Positions 1-8,414 of a DNA stretch of 50,503 nt are shown piece after piece (position 1 is the stretch's first letter; the number at the start of each line of letters is the position of its first letter). Where the stretch lies: positions 1 through 50,503 of the forward strand of contig JAQBRN010000020.1 of the NCBI GenBank assembly GCA_028286465.1. Reading direction: 5' to 3'. The position numbers were made by a program, and so were the translations under genes. The DNA comes from Parcubacteria group bacterium (GTDB taxonomy: Bacteria > Patescibacteriota > Minisyncoccia > Phycocordibacterales > Zambryskibacteraceae). The notes beneath the pieces were generated by a model, which was given only the letters and a program-made list of their open reading frames with translations, made no database searches and was not told the DNA's origin.

Positions 1-288
1 CCCTTTCGGCATCTCCGTATCGGCATCGATGAAGGCGAGAATATTTCCTTTCGCTTCGATATACCCGCGTTGACGGGCTCGGGTCAGGCCTTTCTTCTCT
101 TCTCGAACGACTCGTACACCACGTATACTTGCGGCAATCAGAGCGGTCTTGTCGGTGCTCGCGTTATCAATGACCAGTATCTCGTACAAGTCGCCATTCG
201 AGTTCGAAATAGCGTGCTCCAAGCAGAGTTCGATGCTCTTTTCTTCATTATATGCCGGAACGATAAGACTGATTTTAAGATCTTGCAT
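1..288 (-). CDS. Family 2 glycosyltransferase, N-terminal part (3' end runs off the window)
   Basis: Absent from the ORF track because it has no stop inside the window. My translation of the minus strand from the ATG at 288 gives MQDLKISLIVPAYNEEKSIELCLEHAISNSNGDLYEILVIDNASTDKT...GNILAFIDADTEMPKG, which has GT-A/GT2 N-terminal signatures. It overlaps the stop of the upstream GT4 gene by 14 nt. Confidence 0.7.
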   Translation of the reverse strand, partial: MQDLKISLIVPAYNEEKSIELCLEHAISNSNGDLYEILVIDNASTDKTALIAASIRGVRVVREEKKGLTRARQRGYIEAKGNILAFIDADTEMPKG

Positions 289-1471
289 CGTGTTGTTCTA
301 TGAGAGAACGATACGTCCTTTCCCACTGGATAGCAATATTTTCCGGTGAAAATCGATCCGCGGTTTCGAGACATTTTATACTCATTTTCTGATATATAAC
401 ATCGTTCGTGACAAGAAGGGATATTTTTTCAGAAAGCAGTTCGTAATCGTTACTATCTAAGAGAAAGGCGTTTTCTTCATTATGAAGGTATGAAGGCGGC
501 TCGTCGACATGAACGCTTACGCTGGGTAATCCGCAGGCAATCGCCTGCATCAGCGAAAGGCTTTGGACTTCGGAGGTGCTCGCCGTTACGAAAATGTCGG
601 AGACCTGATAGTATTCCGCGAGCACAGGTTTATCGAGATTTCCTAAAAATCTAACACGATCCGCCACCCCAAGCTTCTCCGAAAGCCTGGTGAGTTCTTT
701 TATCTGCGGACCGCTTCCTGCCAACATAAGAACGACATCGTGATGCTGCCGGCTCAAAAGAGCGACTGCTCGTATAAGCGTATCGATATTCTTTTCTGAT
801 GCGAGGCGCCCGGCATATAAGAGCGTTTTTTGATCAAAACCCAGCTTCATCCGAAGATCCGATCTATTCTTCGAAGGTTTGAAAAGGCTTGTATCGATAG
901 GATTCGAAACTACTTCGCACGGCGCCCGCAAGCCGGAATTCTTCATTTCTGTAAGCAGAAAGAGAGCAGGCGCACTGACAAAATCGCAACGATTATAATA
1001 CATGGAGACCGATCTTCGAGAAGCGATATCGATGTAGGTCTCTATAGGCCATATTCGCGGAACAAAAAAAGTGATTCTCGTATGATTAGTTCCGACTATC
1101 GGTATCCTAAGAATCTTCGCCGCGGCTATTGCCTCGATGCCGACACCGAAGAACGAGTGGGTATGTATGACATCCGGCCTTCGTTTCCGCATGAAGATCC
1201 ATCTCAGAAAGATCGGCAATACGATTCTTGACTGGCCTGTCGGACTGAATGGCACATGAAGCGAGAACAGCCTATGAATAGCAATATGTTCGCCGAGATC
1301 AAGTTCCTTTTCGATACCACCTGCTTTTTTATAATCTTTTCCTGAATAGCGGGGTGCATAAATATCAATCTGATGACCTCTTTCCGCAAGATTTCGGGCA
1401 AGGATTATAAGCTGGTCAGAAATACCGCTAATTTCCGGATAAAAATTGTCTGAGAAAAAGGCGACTCGCAT
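275..1471 (-). CDS. Family 4 (GT-B) glycosyltransferase
   Basis: 398-aa ORF. The N-terminus MRVAFFSDNFYPEISGISDQ and the C-terminal TSEVQSLSLMQAIACGLP region are typical of GT4 enzymes. Confidence 0.85.
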   Translation of the reverse strand: MRVAFFSDNFYPEISGISDQLIILARNLAERGHQIDIYAPRYSGKDYKKAGGIEKELDLGEHIAIHRLFSLHVPFSPTGQSRIVLPIFLRWIFMRKRRPDVIHTHSFFGVGIEAIAAAKILRIPIVGTNHTRITFFVPRIWPIETYIDIASRRSVSMYYNRCDFVSAPALFLLTEMKNSGLRAPCEVVSNPIDTSLFKPSKNRSDLRMKLGFDQKTLLYAGRLASEKNIDTLIRAVALLSRQHHDVVLMLAGSGPQIKELTRLSEKLGVADRVRFLGNLDKPVLAEYYQVSDIFVTASTSEVQSLSLMQAIACGLPSVSVHVDEPPSYLHNEENAFLLDSNDYELLSEKISLLVTNDVIYQKMSIKCLETADRFSPENIAIQWERTYRSLIEQHDARS

Positions 1472-1473
1472 AT

Positions 1474-2076
1474 CTATATCGTTTCTTCTATAAGCGATTC
1501 CGCGATCTTCTTGGTGAATTTTCTATAACCCACGAAGACAACGACAAGCGCTGCCAGCGCCACGATGATCCCGGCACTCTTTAAATGAGTTGCGATTGCG
1601 GCATATGATGAGCCGAAGTAGTATCCAAGCGTGATGAGTATTCCGTACTGCAAAACGGTGACCGTCATTGTTCCAACGATAAACTTTCTATATGAATATT
1701 TGGCGACGCCCGCAGTAATGAGAAAAACCGTACTTAAACCATAGGCCAATTTGCTTAAGAAAAGAGTTCGTATCGTATGCGTATGCCACATTGAGTATAT
1801 GAACTTTTCTCGCTGTTCGGTAAGGCCAAGCTTTTTAGTATATTTTTTTAAATATTCCTTAGTATGAGCGTGGTAACCTATATAATAATAAATAGTATCA
1901 GGTATAAGATCTCCCAAGAAAAGCGCCACGACTGCCGGCACAAAGCTCAGATAACCAAGAAAGACAAGCATCCCGACTACGAACGCTACGATAGGTCCTT
2001 CAACTACGGCAAGGAGAAATAAGAAGAAATATCCGTAATGAGTAAGTAGGGCTGTGATCGTGGAGAGCGAGGGCAT
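1474..2076 (-). CDS. DedA/VTT-family membrane protein
   Basis: 200-aa multi-TM ORF with the YGYFFLFLLAVVEGPIV motif characteristic of DedA (SNARE-associated) proteins. The gap to the GT4 gene is 2 nt. Confidence 0.7.
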   Translation of the reverse strand: MPSLSTITALLTHYGYFFLFLLAVVEGPIVAFVVGMLVFLGYLSFVPAVVALFLGDLIPDTIYYYIGYHAHTKEYLKKYTKKLGLTEQREKFIYSMWHTHTIRTLFLSKLAYGLSTVFLITAGVAKYSYRKFIVGTMTVTVLQYGILITLGYYFGSSYAAIATHLKSAGIIVALAALVVVFVGYRKFTKKIAESLIEETI

Positions 2077-2098
2077 GATTCAATGAAGACGCATTCTG

Positions 2099-2854
2099 TT
2101 AAAGGGCTTCGGGCGCCGCGTCCTTCTTCGTCAGGGCAAGATAGATGACCGTGCCGAGAATGGCGACGAGAAAGATTGCGCTCGTCATGGTCGTACCGAG
2201 TCCGAGACCGCCCGCATCCTTGTCTTGGGAAAGCCAGTCGCCGATCGAGGCTCCCAGCGGCCGAGTGAGGATATAGGCGATCCAGAAAGCGAGAACGGCA
2301 TTAAGCTTGAACCGGTAATGCGCGAGGGCTGTCAGAGCGATCGCTCCGGCGAAGAGGAAAGCCGAGAGCGGATACCCGAGGTTGAACGACTCGGCGATCA
2401 GATCCCCCGCCGCCGTGCCGAGCGCGAAGGTAAAGAGAATGGCGAGCCAGTAGAAACCTTCGCGTCTCGTCGTCCGAATACTGTGTATGGACAGCGTCTT
2501 CTCGACCTTGTACCAAACGGCGAAGATGATCGCGAGCACGACACCGAAGACAAGCGTGGTGGTGACGAGGGAGACGCCGAAGTTGTCCGTGAGATTATCC
2601 GTAATAAGCGTACCCACGACTGAAATGAGTACGACCGAAAGCCAGTAGACGCTCGGTTTATATCGCTTCGAACGGAATTGAAATACGAGCGCAATAATAA
2701 GAAGCAGTCCCATGATGAGCGAGGTGCCCGTGAGGCCGAGATTCAGATTGCTATTGAGGAAATCGGCGGCGGTCTCTCCGACCGTTGTGCACAGGATCTT
2801 GATGATCCAGAAGAAAACGGTGATTTCCGGAACCTTATTGAGCATAGATTTCAT
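2099..2854 (-). CDS. Polytopic membrane protein, COG4705-like (family call from memory)
   Basis: 251-aa ORF. The VPEITVFFWIIKILCTTVGETAADFL motif is echoed in the second half (WLAILFTFALGTAAGDLI), giving an internal-repeat membrane protein. Confidence 0.5.
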   Translation of the reverse strand: MKSMLNKVPEITVFFWIIKILCTTVGETAADFLNSNLNLGLTGTSLIMGLLLIIALVFQFRSKRYKPSVYWLSVVLISVVGTLITDNLTDNFGVSLVTTTLVFGVVLAIIFAVWYKVEKTLSIHSIRTTRREGFYWLAILFTFALGTAAGDLIAESFNLGYPLSAFLFAGAIALTALAHYRFKLNAVLAFWIAYILTRPLGASIGDWLSQDKDAGGLGLGTTMTSAIFLVAILGTVIYLALTKKDAAPEAL

Positions 2855-2925
2855 GATCGTGCTGTAGTGTTAGAACATTGATAAGTATATCTCAGTCTGG
2901 CCATAGAAGATGACGGAAACATGAC

Positions 2926-2949
2926 AAAAACCGCCCGAGAGGCGGTTTT
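2926..2949 (-). terminator. Rho-independent terminator of the small secreted-protein gene
   Basis: Stem AACCGCC (2929-2935) / GGCGGTT (2941-2947) with loop CGAGA. There is an A-run on the plus strand, which is a T-run on the minus strand. Confidence 0.7.
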
Positions 2950-2971
2950 GGCAACATGGCGTGTTGTGTCT

Positions 2972-3244
2972 TTAGTTGGCAGCATCCTCCACCTCACCTG
3001 CATCGGCTGCGGTGCTTTCGCCCTGCTCCTGCGTATCCTTCTGCGCAGAGACCGACGTCTTGACATCGTCATTCGTTTCGATATCCGTGTCCGGTGCCGC
3101 CGTGGTAACAGCCGGAGCGGCTACCGCGATCGGTACTACAGCGGTCGTCGATTGGGCATGAGTCTCGAGAGCGATGGTTGTCGCACCGCCGATACCGAGC
3201 GTGACTACTCCGAGGAGCGCCATTAATTTCTTATTCATAGACAT
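2972..3244 (-). CDS. Small secreted acidic protein (hypothetical)
   Basis: 90 aa with a signal-peptide-like N-terminus (MSMNKKLMALLGVVTLGIGGATTIALETHAQ) and then a T/A/D/E-rich tail. A hairpin terminator follows. Confidence 0.5.
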   Translation of the reverse strand: MSMNKKLMALLGVVTLGIGGATTIALETHAQSTTAVVPIAVAAPAVTTAAPDTDIETNDDVKTSVSAQKDTQEQGESTAADAGEVEDAAN

Positions 3245-3250
3245 GGTGTA

Positions 3251-4258
3251 TTAGCTTGTAAAGCTTCGACGTTGAAGCTTACCTATTGTAGATCGCTCAT
3301 ATGACGGAAGGGTGACGATAACGAGAGTTCCTTTGCCAAGCTCGCTTTCCATTCGCATTTCGCCTTTGTGCATCTTGACGATCTCGTGCGCGATCGAGAG
3401 TCCCAAGCCGACTCCATTCGAAGTCACCATTCTTGAAGAGTCAGCCTTATAAAACGCCTCGTGCACATGGGCCAGGTCGCCCTCGGAAATACCGATACCC
3501 GTGTCGCGTACGGCAACAGCTAGAAAACCGTTTGTACCTTGTATCGAAATCTCGATTGTTCCCTTCTCCGTATAGGTAATGGCATTTTGAATGATATTGG
3601 CGAACACTTGCTCGAGAAGATGCCTCTCGCCCAGCACATATGTCGGTTCTGTCCGGTTGAAAACGATGCCAAGCCGTTTTGCTTTGGCGGACACCTCGAC
3701 CCGATGTAGTGTCTTCTGAACAAGGCTTGTCACATCGACCTTTTCAAATTCGATACCCGCTTGATGTTTGGCGCTGCGAGCAAGTAAGAGTAGATTCTCG
3801 ACCATTACGGTCATGCGTTCGATCTCTTCGAGATTACTTTGAGCCAAAGCTCTCGCCTCCTCGGCCGTGGAGTCGCCGTGCTTGAGGAATATCTCATTCT
3901 CCATTCTTATCACCGAAAGGGGCGTGCGCAATTCATGCGAGGCATTAGCGCTGAATTGGGCCTGGGCATCATGAGCGACTTCTATAGGCTTGAGTGTCTT
4001 GCCCGAAAGCACATAGCTGAGAAACCCCGCCAGCATGACCACCCCGAGATCGGAGAAGACAAGCGTATTCTGCAAATCATCAATCGTTGTATCGGCGATA
4101 TGTTGCTGAAGCGCCTTTGTCGGGGCGTCTTCTTCAATGTTATCGCGAATATGTTGAGTTGTGTAATGAAAAAGAGACACGCTGAATACGCCGATAATAA
4201 GGGCAAGAATGACTACGTAGAAAGCCGTGAGCTTGATGCGAGCGCGAGTAAACATCAA
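3251..4258 (-). CDS. Sensor histidine kinase (two TM segments, HisKA + HATPase_c)
   Basis: H-box SHELRTPL; N/G boxes IIQNAITYT, VRDTGIGI and GVGLGLSIAHEIV. It shares a 4-nt ATGA overlap with the upstream response regulator gene. Confidence 0.9.
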   Translation of the reverse strand: MMFTRARIKLTAFYVVILALIIGVFSVSLFHYTTQHIRDNIEEDAPTKALQQHIADTTIDDLQNTLVFSDLGVVMLAGFLSYVLSGKTLKPIEVAHDAQAQFSANASHELRTPLSVIRMENEIFLKHGDSTAEEARALAQSNLEEIERMTVMVENLLLLARSAKHQAGIEFEKVDVTSLVQKTLHRVEVSAKAKRLGIVFNRTEPTYVLGERHLLEQVFANIIQNAITYTEKGTIEISIQGTNGFLAVAVRDTGIGISEGDLAHVHEAFYKADSSRMVTSNGVGLGLSIAHEIVKMHKGEMRMESELGKGTLVIVTLPSYERSTIGKLQRRSFTS

Positions 4259-4929
4259 TTCGGATTAAAGCGATACCCGACGCCGCGAACAGTTTCGATC
4301 ATCGTGCCGTCCGTGTCTTTGATCTTCTTGCGAAGGTTTTTGATCTTCACATCGACGATATTCGAGAACGGATTGAAATCGTAATCCCAGGCATGATCGA
4401 GTATTTCCTGACGCGAGAGAACGCGCTCGGGATGCTTCATCATATAGTGAAGGATGGCGAATTCCCTTTGAGTGAGCTTGATTTCCTTGCCGTTTTTCAT
4501 GACGCGATGAGCGCTTGGGTTAAGGATGATCCTTCCACCTTCAACCTCCTCCGCATACGTGCCCTGGGGACGCCGAAGAAGGGCGTGGAGCCTCGCTACA
4601 AGTTCCATGAAGGCAAAGGGCTTCACCAGATAATCATCCGCTCCGGTATGAAGCCCCTCTATCTTGTCACGTATAGTATCCTTGGCGGTAAGCATAAGGA
4701 TCGGAATGGCGATGCCCTTTTTTCTCGCCTCCCTGCATATTTCGAGTCCATCCATTTTCGGCAGCATGCGATCGAGAATGACCGCATCATAGGTGGCATG
4801 AGATGCTTCGATGCGACGATACCCCGCGTCTCCTTCGGTAAGGAAATCAGCGGTAAAACCTTCTTGCTCAAGGCCTTTTTTAAGCGATCGGGCAAGTTTG
4901 TCATTATCTTCGATAATGAGAATTCTCAT
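4255..4929 (-). CDS. OmpR-family response regulator
   Basis: The track ORF extends to 5034, but the conserved receiver domain begins at MRILIIEDN (ATG at 4929). It has the acceptor-Asp context AVILDRMLPKMDG and the C-terminal winged helix TVRGVGYRF. Confidence 0.9.
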   Translation of the reverse strand: MRILIIEDNDKLARSLKKGLEQEGFTADFLTEGDAGYRRIEASHATYDAVILDRMLPKMDGLEICREARKKGIAIPILMLTAKDTIRDKIEGLHTGADDYLVKPFAFMELVARLHALLRRPQGTYAEEVEGGRIILNPSAHRVMKNGKEIKLTQREFAILHYMMKHPERVLSRQEILDHAWDYDFNPFSNIVDVKIKNLRKKIKDTDGTMIETVRGVGYRFNPN

Positions 4930-4980
4930 GGCGTATATCACTAAGTATACGACACAAGATGACGAAGGGATGACAATGAC

Positions 4981-5009
4981 TTCAGACGGCGTACTAAGTA
5001 CGCTATAGT
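4981..5009 (+). promoter_or_regulatory. Putative nrtR promoter (TTCAGA-N17-TATAGT) with a 15-bp perfect palindrome in the spacer
   Basis: The -10-like TATAGT at 5004-5009 ends 6 nt before the ATG at 5016, which implies a leaderless mRNA. The palindrome GCGTACT-A-AGTACGC lies at 4989-5003. Confidence 0.35.
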
Positions 5010-5015
5010 AGAACC

Positions 5016-5696
5016 ATGCCAAAGACATCGACACAGAAGTTCTACAAACCCTCTATTACGGCCGATGTGGTCGTTTTCACCATCGAAGATAGCTTGCTGA
5101 AGGTTCTGACGGTGAAGCGCGCGGACGAGCCATTTAAAGGCACTCGGGCTTTGCCTGGAGGCTTCATCCTGCCCGGAAGCGACTCGATGGGCACGGCGAG
5201 AAGAATCCTTAAGGAAAAGGCGGGGCTCGAAGGCATCTATATGGAACAGCTCTACACCTTCGACGACCCGAAGCGCGATCCCCGAGGATCGGTCGTCTCC
5301 GTCGCCCACTTCGCTCTCGTACACCGGGATGCTATCTCCCTCGAAACCTCCTCGCATACCCAGGACCCGACCTTCACGCCGCTTAAGCACACCGGCACGC
5401 TCGCCTTCGACCACAAAAAGATCATCGAGTACGCCTATGAGCGCTTGCGAGGCAGGCTCGAATACACGAATATCGCCCAGTCGCTCCTGCCAAAGGAATT
5501 CACCTTCAGCGAACTTCAGAATGTCTATGAAACGATCTTCTCGAAGAAGCTCGACAAAAGGAACTTCAGAAAAAAGATCGAACGCCTCGGCCTCATCAAG
5601 GCCACGAAGAAGAAGATCAAGCGCGGACGCCAGCGCCCGGCCCTCCTCTACACCTTCGCTTCCGGCAAAGCCGAAAGCTTCAAGAATCCATTTTAA
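5016..5696 (+). CDS. nrtR: NrtR-like transcriptional regulator (Nudix domain + C-terminal winged-helix)
   Basis: 226 aa. The Nudix-fold N-terminus has a degenerate Nudix box (GGFILPGSDSMGTARRILKEKAGL, catalytic Glu positions lost). The C-terminal part (FDHKKIIEYAYERLRGRLEYTNIAQSLLPKEFTFSELQNVYETIF...KRNFRKKI) matches the NrtR wHTH pattern. NAD-salvage genes and palindromic boxes lie nearby. Confidence 0.75.
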   Translation: MPKTSTQKFYKPSITADVVVFTIEDSLLKVLTVKRADEPFKGTRALPGGFILPGSDSMGTARRILKEKAGLEGIYMEQLYTFDDPKRDPRGSVVSVAHFALVHRDAISLETSSHTQDPTFTPLKHTGTLAFDHKKIIEYAYERLRGRLEYTNIAQSLLPKEFTFSELQNVYETIFSKKLDKRNFRKKIERLGLIKATKKKIKRGRQRPALLYTFASGKAESFKNPF

Positions 5697-5701
5697 TAAA
5701 T

Positions 5702-5724
5702 AAAAAGAGCCACGATGTGGCTCT
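5702..5724. terminator. Bidirectional terminator between convergent nrtR and kinase genes
   Basis: Stem AGAGCCAC (5706-5713) / GTGGCTCT (5717-5724). An A-run lies to the left and a T-rich stretch to the right. Confidence 0.65.
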
Positions 5725-5745
5725 TGTGTAGAACGATAGAAGGAA

Positions 5746-7485
5746 CTATTTCATCCGAACCGACCAGAGAGACCCGTTCTCGATGTAGACGACCTGGTCA
5801 CCGAAGTTTCCAAGAATCATCTTCGTCGAAACGTGCTTGTCCTCGAGCTTCGTCGCTACTCCACTCGACGGAACGGAGATGCAAAGCTCCCCATCATCCT
5901 CGATACTGGCATTCACGCCCTTCGGCAGAATAGCAATATCGAGCTCCGTGTCATCGACCGCAGTAACGTCGGATCGATATGTCCCATAATCCTTCGAGAA
6001 GACAAGATCGATCCTTTGATACGAACCGGACTTATCCGCCGCGATGACGGATGCGAAGCGATTTCCTGCCTTGCCTCGAAGTACCCTCTTGCCATCGAGT
6101 TCCCGCACACGGACATGCATGAGCCCGGAGTCTCCGAAGGGCAGAAGAAGGAACTTGGCTCCCATGGCATCCTGGATGCCAAGACCGTCGAAGCATTGCG
6201 TGGCATTCGGCAGCGTACTCCATGTTTGTCCGGCTGAAGCGAGCACTTTGGTGCCGAAGCTATGAAGCTTTATTTCGGTCAGCCCACGTTCACCGAGAAC
6301 GAAGAGCCGGTTTTCATACCCGAGGATGCTCTTCGCCTCGATCGAGAATGCCAGCCATTCGGCCTTCTGGCTTCCCATTTCGGCATACGTCAGCTTGGCC
6401 TGGCCATTCTCCTTTTCAAGAATAAGCCAGCCGTCGGGCGTTCGTGCGACTTCGCATTCCCGCCCGACCGCTTTCGCGATCTCCTGCTTCGTATGCACAT
6501 CGACAAGCAGCCCCGACGCAAGAAGCGCCGCACCGGATCTGAATGTTCGTACCACAGCATCGTTCGTCCGCTCGTAGAGCTTCTCGAAGACGAGGAGGCC
6601 GGACTTCCCGATCGTCTGGATGCGGAGCACGCGCGCCGCACTCGATGCCGTCGCAATGTCGAAGTTCGAAGGCGGCATATTCCGTTCGCCTTTTTGAAAC
6701 ACCGCTTCATACCAGGCAAGAAGTCCTTTTGGGATAAGCGAGAAGTCGCGCACTGCCTGGTTCAAGCGCACGTTCGGCGCGAAGACCGATGCATTGGCTT
6801 TCATCCGCTCGAGGAACTCCGTCTTCTTGTACGACGGGTGGGTTCCTTTGTACGGATGGACGCCCGTGAAGACCTGGAACGTAACGACGCCCCAGGAAAA
6901 CCAGTCGCTCTTCTCGTCGAAGCCTTTTGCATTCCAATCCCTGATCGACGGCATAATAGCCGTTGCCGGCCATCTGCCTATGGCCCACGAGTCGACATCG
7001 ACCACGCGGGGTTCCGGGTTCGAACCTCGAAACTTCATGAACCAGTTGAGCTCGTTTGCGTCGACGAGTATCGCTCCGTGCCCGTGGGCGAAGGAGACGG
7101 TATCGCGCATGCGAATGACAAGTTCCTTGGCGAACTTCTCGTTGAAGCCTTCCCTGTTCCAGAAATCATTGGTGAAAACTCTCGAGAGAGGAGCGCATTC
7201 CGCTTCGTCGATATAGGGCATGTAGTAGCCGACGGGGTCGCACTTTTCCGAAACGATGAGTCCTTTCGGCGCGATGACGTACGGCGACTTCAGCTTGCCG
7301 AGCTCCCGGATCTTTGCCGGAATGACCTTCTTCGGATCGGTGAAGATCTTCGCTACAGTGTCCTTTCCGACGCGGTAGATCGACCCTTCGCCGCCCGTTG
7401 CGACGTGATCCGACGGCCTGAGCGTGACGAGCCCCCGGCCGACGAGTTCAACCTTCAAGCTGCCCCGCGATGTCGGTGCCGACAT
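5746..7485 (-). CDS. Ser/Thr protein kinase-like protein with a ~290-aa uncharacterised C-terminal domain (third gene of the vWA/PP2C/kinase triad)
   Basis: G-loop GGEGSIYRV, Lys in VAKIF, catalytic LVDANELN and VVDVDSW. The track start at 7515 is a TTG. The ATG at 7485 is preceded by AAGAGGA and is preferred. It overlaps the end of the PP2C gene by 38 nt. Confidence 0.75.
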   Translation of the reverse strand: MSAPTSRGSLKVELVGRGLVTLRPSDHVATGGEGSIYRVGKDTVAKIFTDPKKVIPAKIRELGKLKSPYVIAPKGLIVSEKCDPVGYYMPYIDEAECAPLSRVFTNDFWNREGFNEKFAKELVIRMRDTVSFAHGHGAILVDANELNWFMKFRGSNPEPRVVDVDSWAIGRWPATAIMPSIRDWNAKGFDEKSDWFSWGVVTFQVFTGVHPYKGTHPSYKKTEFLERMKANASVFAPNVRLNQAVRDFSLIPKGLLAWYEAVFQKGERNMPPSNFDIATASSAARVLRIQTIGKSGLLVFEKLYERTNDAVVRTFRSGAALLASGLLVDVHTKQEIAKAVGRECEVARTPDGWLILEKENGQAKLTYAEMGSQKAEWLAFSIEAKSILGYENRLFVLGERGLTEIKLHSFGTKVLASAGQTWSTLPNATQCFDGLGIQDAMGAKFLLLPFGDSGLMHVRVRELDGKRVLRGKAGNRFASVIAADKSGSYQRIDLVFSKDYGTYRSDVTAVDDTELDIAILPKGVNASIEDDGELCISVPSSGVATKLEDKHVSTKMILGNFGDQVVYIENGSLWSVRMK

Positions 7486-8362
7486 GATCTTCGTCCTCTT
7501 CGTGAAGGTGTTCAATATGGATGACGGCCATCGACACGTCGTCGACGGGCTTCGAGCTTTTGCGTTCGTAATTCTTTAGTGCGCGGATCATCCGCCTCTT
7601 GGCGAATTCTCCGGCGAAATTCTTGAACGACATGAGTTCGACGACGGCATCGATCCATTCGACGCCCTCGATCTGAGCTGCACCGTCCGAGAAAACCGCC
7701 ACGGACTCGAGCGTTTCGATTTCTTCGTTCGTGATCTCTTCGAAAATTCCAAGGAGTCCGTCGCGAAGATTGAATTCGACGATCCTACTCTCACCTACCT
7801 TCCCGAGTGTGTCGATGAAGACATCCGTTCGGGACAAGCGCATGGCAGACAAATCTCCGCCATGAGTCTTCACGAATTCTTCGAGATCGAGACCGGTGTA
7901 GGCCGGGTAGAAGGGCGTATTGTCCGCCCATTCGTAGTGCGAGGCAACCAAGCTCCCGTCCGTAAATTTCTTCGCGACGACGCCGTCGCCTTCCACATGC
8001 ACGAACCCTCCCGTTTCGGAAAGATAGGCGTACACGCAAGTCGCAAGCATGTCGGAGGACGAGAGACCGAGAAGCATCCGCGCATCGTGAAGAAGTTCTT
8101 TCTTCCGATCTTGTATGGCAACGGACATATCGAGAAGGCCTTCTCGAGGATTCTCCGCAACAGACTTCATCGCTCCGAGGAGCGAAAGGGCCTGAATGCG
8201 CGAGCCCACATCGGTGTGCCGGCCCGTCGAGCAGCCGTCCGAAACGACTGCGACGGCCGATCTCTCGTTCCCTCCCGAAAGCGCGTAATCCTGGCAGGGC
8301 AAGCCGTGCGCGTAATGCGCGCTTCCGATCTGGAAGTAATGATCCGCGTGAAGATTCCTCAT
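7448..8362 (-). CDS. PP2C-family protein phosphatase (PP2C_2 type)
   Basis: The conserved start MRNLHADHYFQIGSAHYAHGLPCQDYA...AVVSDGCSTGRHTDVGSR has its ATG at 8362, preceded by GGAGGAG. The longer track ORF (to 8539) would overlap the vWA gene by 125 nt. Confidence 0.8.
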   Translation of the reverse strand: MRNLHADHYFQIGSAHYAHGLPCQDYALSGGNERSAVAVVSDGCSTGRHTDVGSRIQALSLLGAMKSVAENPREGLLDMSVAIQDRKKELLHDARMLLGLSSSDMLATCVYAYLSETGGFVHVEGDGVVAKKFTDGSLVASHYEWADNTPFYPAYTGLDLEEFVKTHGGDLSAMRLSRTDVFIDTLGKVGESRIVEFNLRDGLLGIFEEITNEEIETLESVAVFSDGAAQIEGVEWIDAVVELMSFKNFAGEFAKRRMIRALKNYERKSSKPVDDVSMAVIHIEHLHEEDEDHVGTDIAGQLEG

Positions 8363-8414
8363 ACTCCTCCAAAGAAAAAGGAATGGCGACCTGCCATTCC
8401 TGTGTGAGAACTTC

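Noticed and set aside
2864-2870. Isolated half-sites of the TTAGTGT/ACACTAA box (2864-2870, 4939-4948, about 11123-11130, 39884-39890, and 28761-28775 as GTGT-N6-ACAC)
   Set aside because: Each lacks the partner half-site at N7 spacing. A single heptamer is expected by chance several times in 2 x 50 kb.
4930-5034. N-terminal extensions of several track ORFs (4930-5034, 8363-8539, 15202-15309, 24924-25115, 34120-34266, 34653-34694, 36122-36277, 36598-36636, 40244-40528, 46780-46845, 48470-48505)
   Set aside because: The extensions overlap upstream genes or terminators, lack homology-like sequence, and end at internal ATGs where the conserved domain or signal peptide begins, often with a good SD.
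6262-7524. A 420-aa plus-strand ORF, the longest alternative ORF in the triad region
   Set aside because: It lies antisense to the kinase and PP2C genes, and its Arg/Pro/Leu-rich composition has no recognisable motifs. This is the usual shadow ORF of a GC-rich coding strand. The same reasoning applies to 5833-6237, 6794-7216, 7791-8372, 7862-8407 and 8484-9182.
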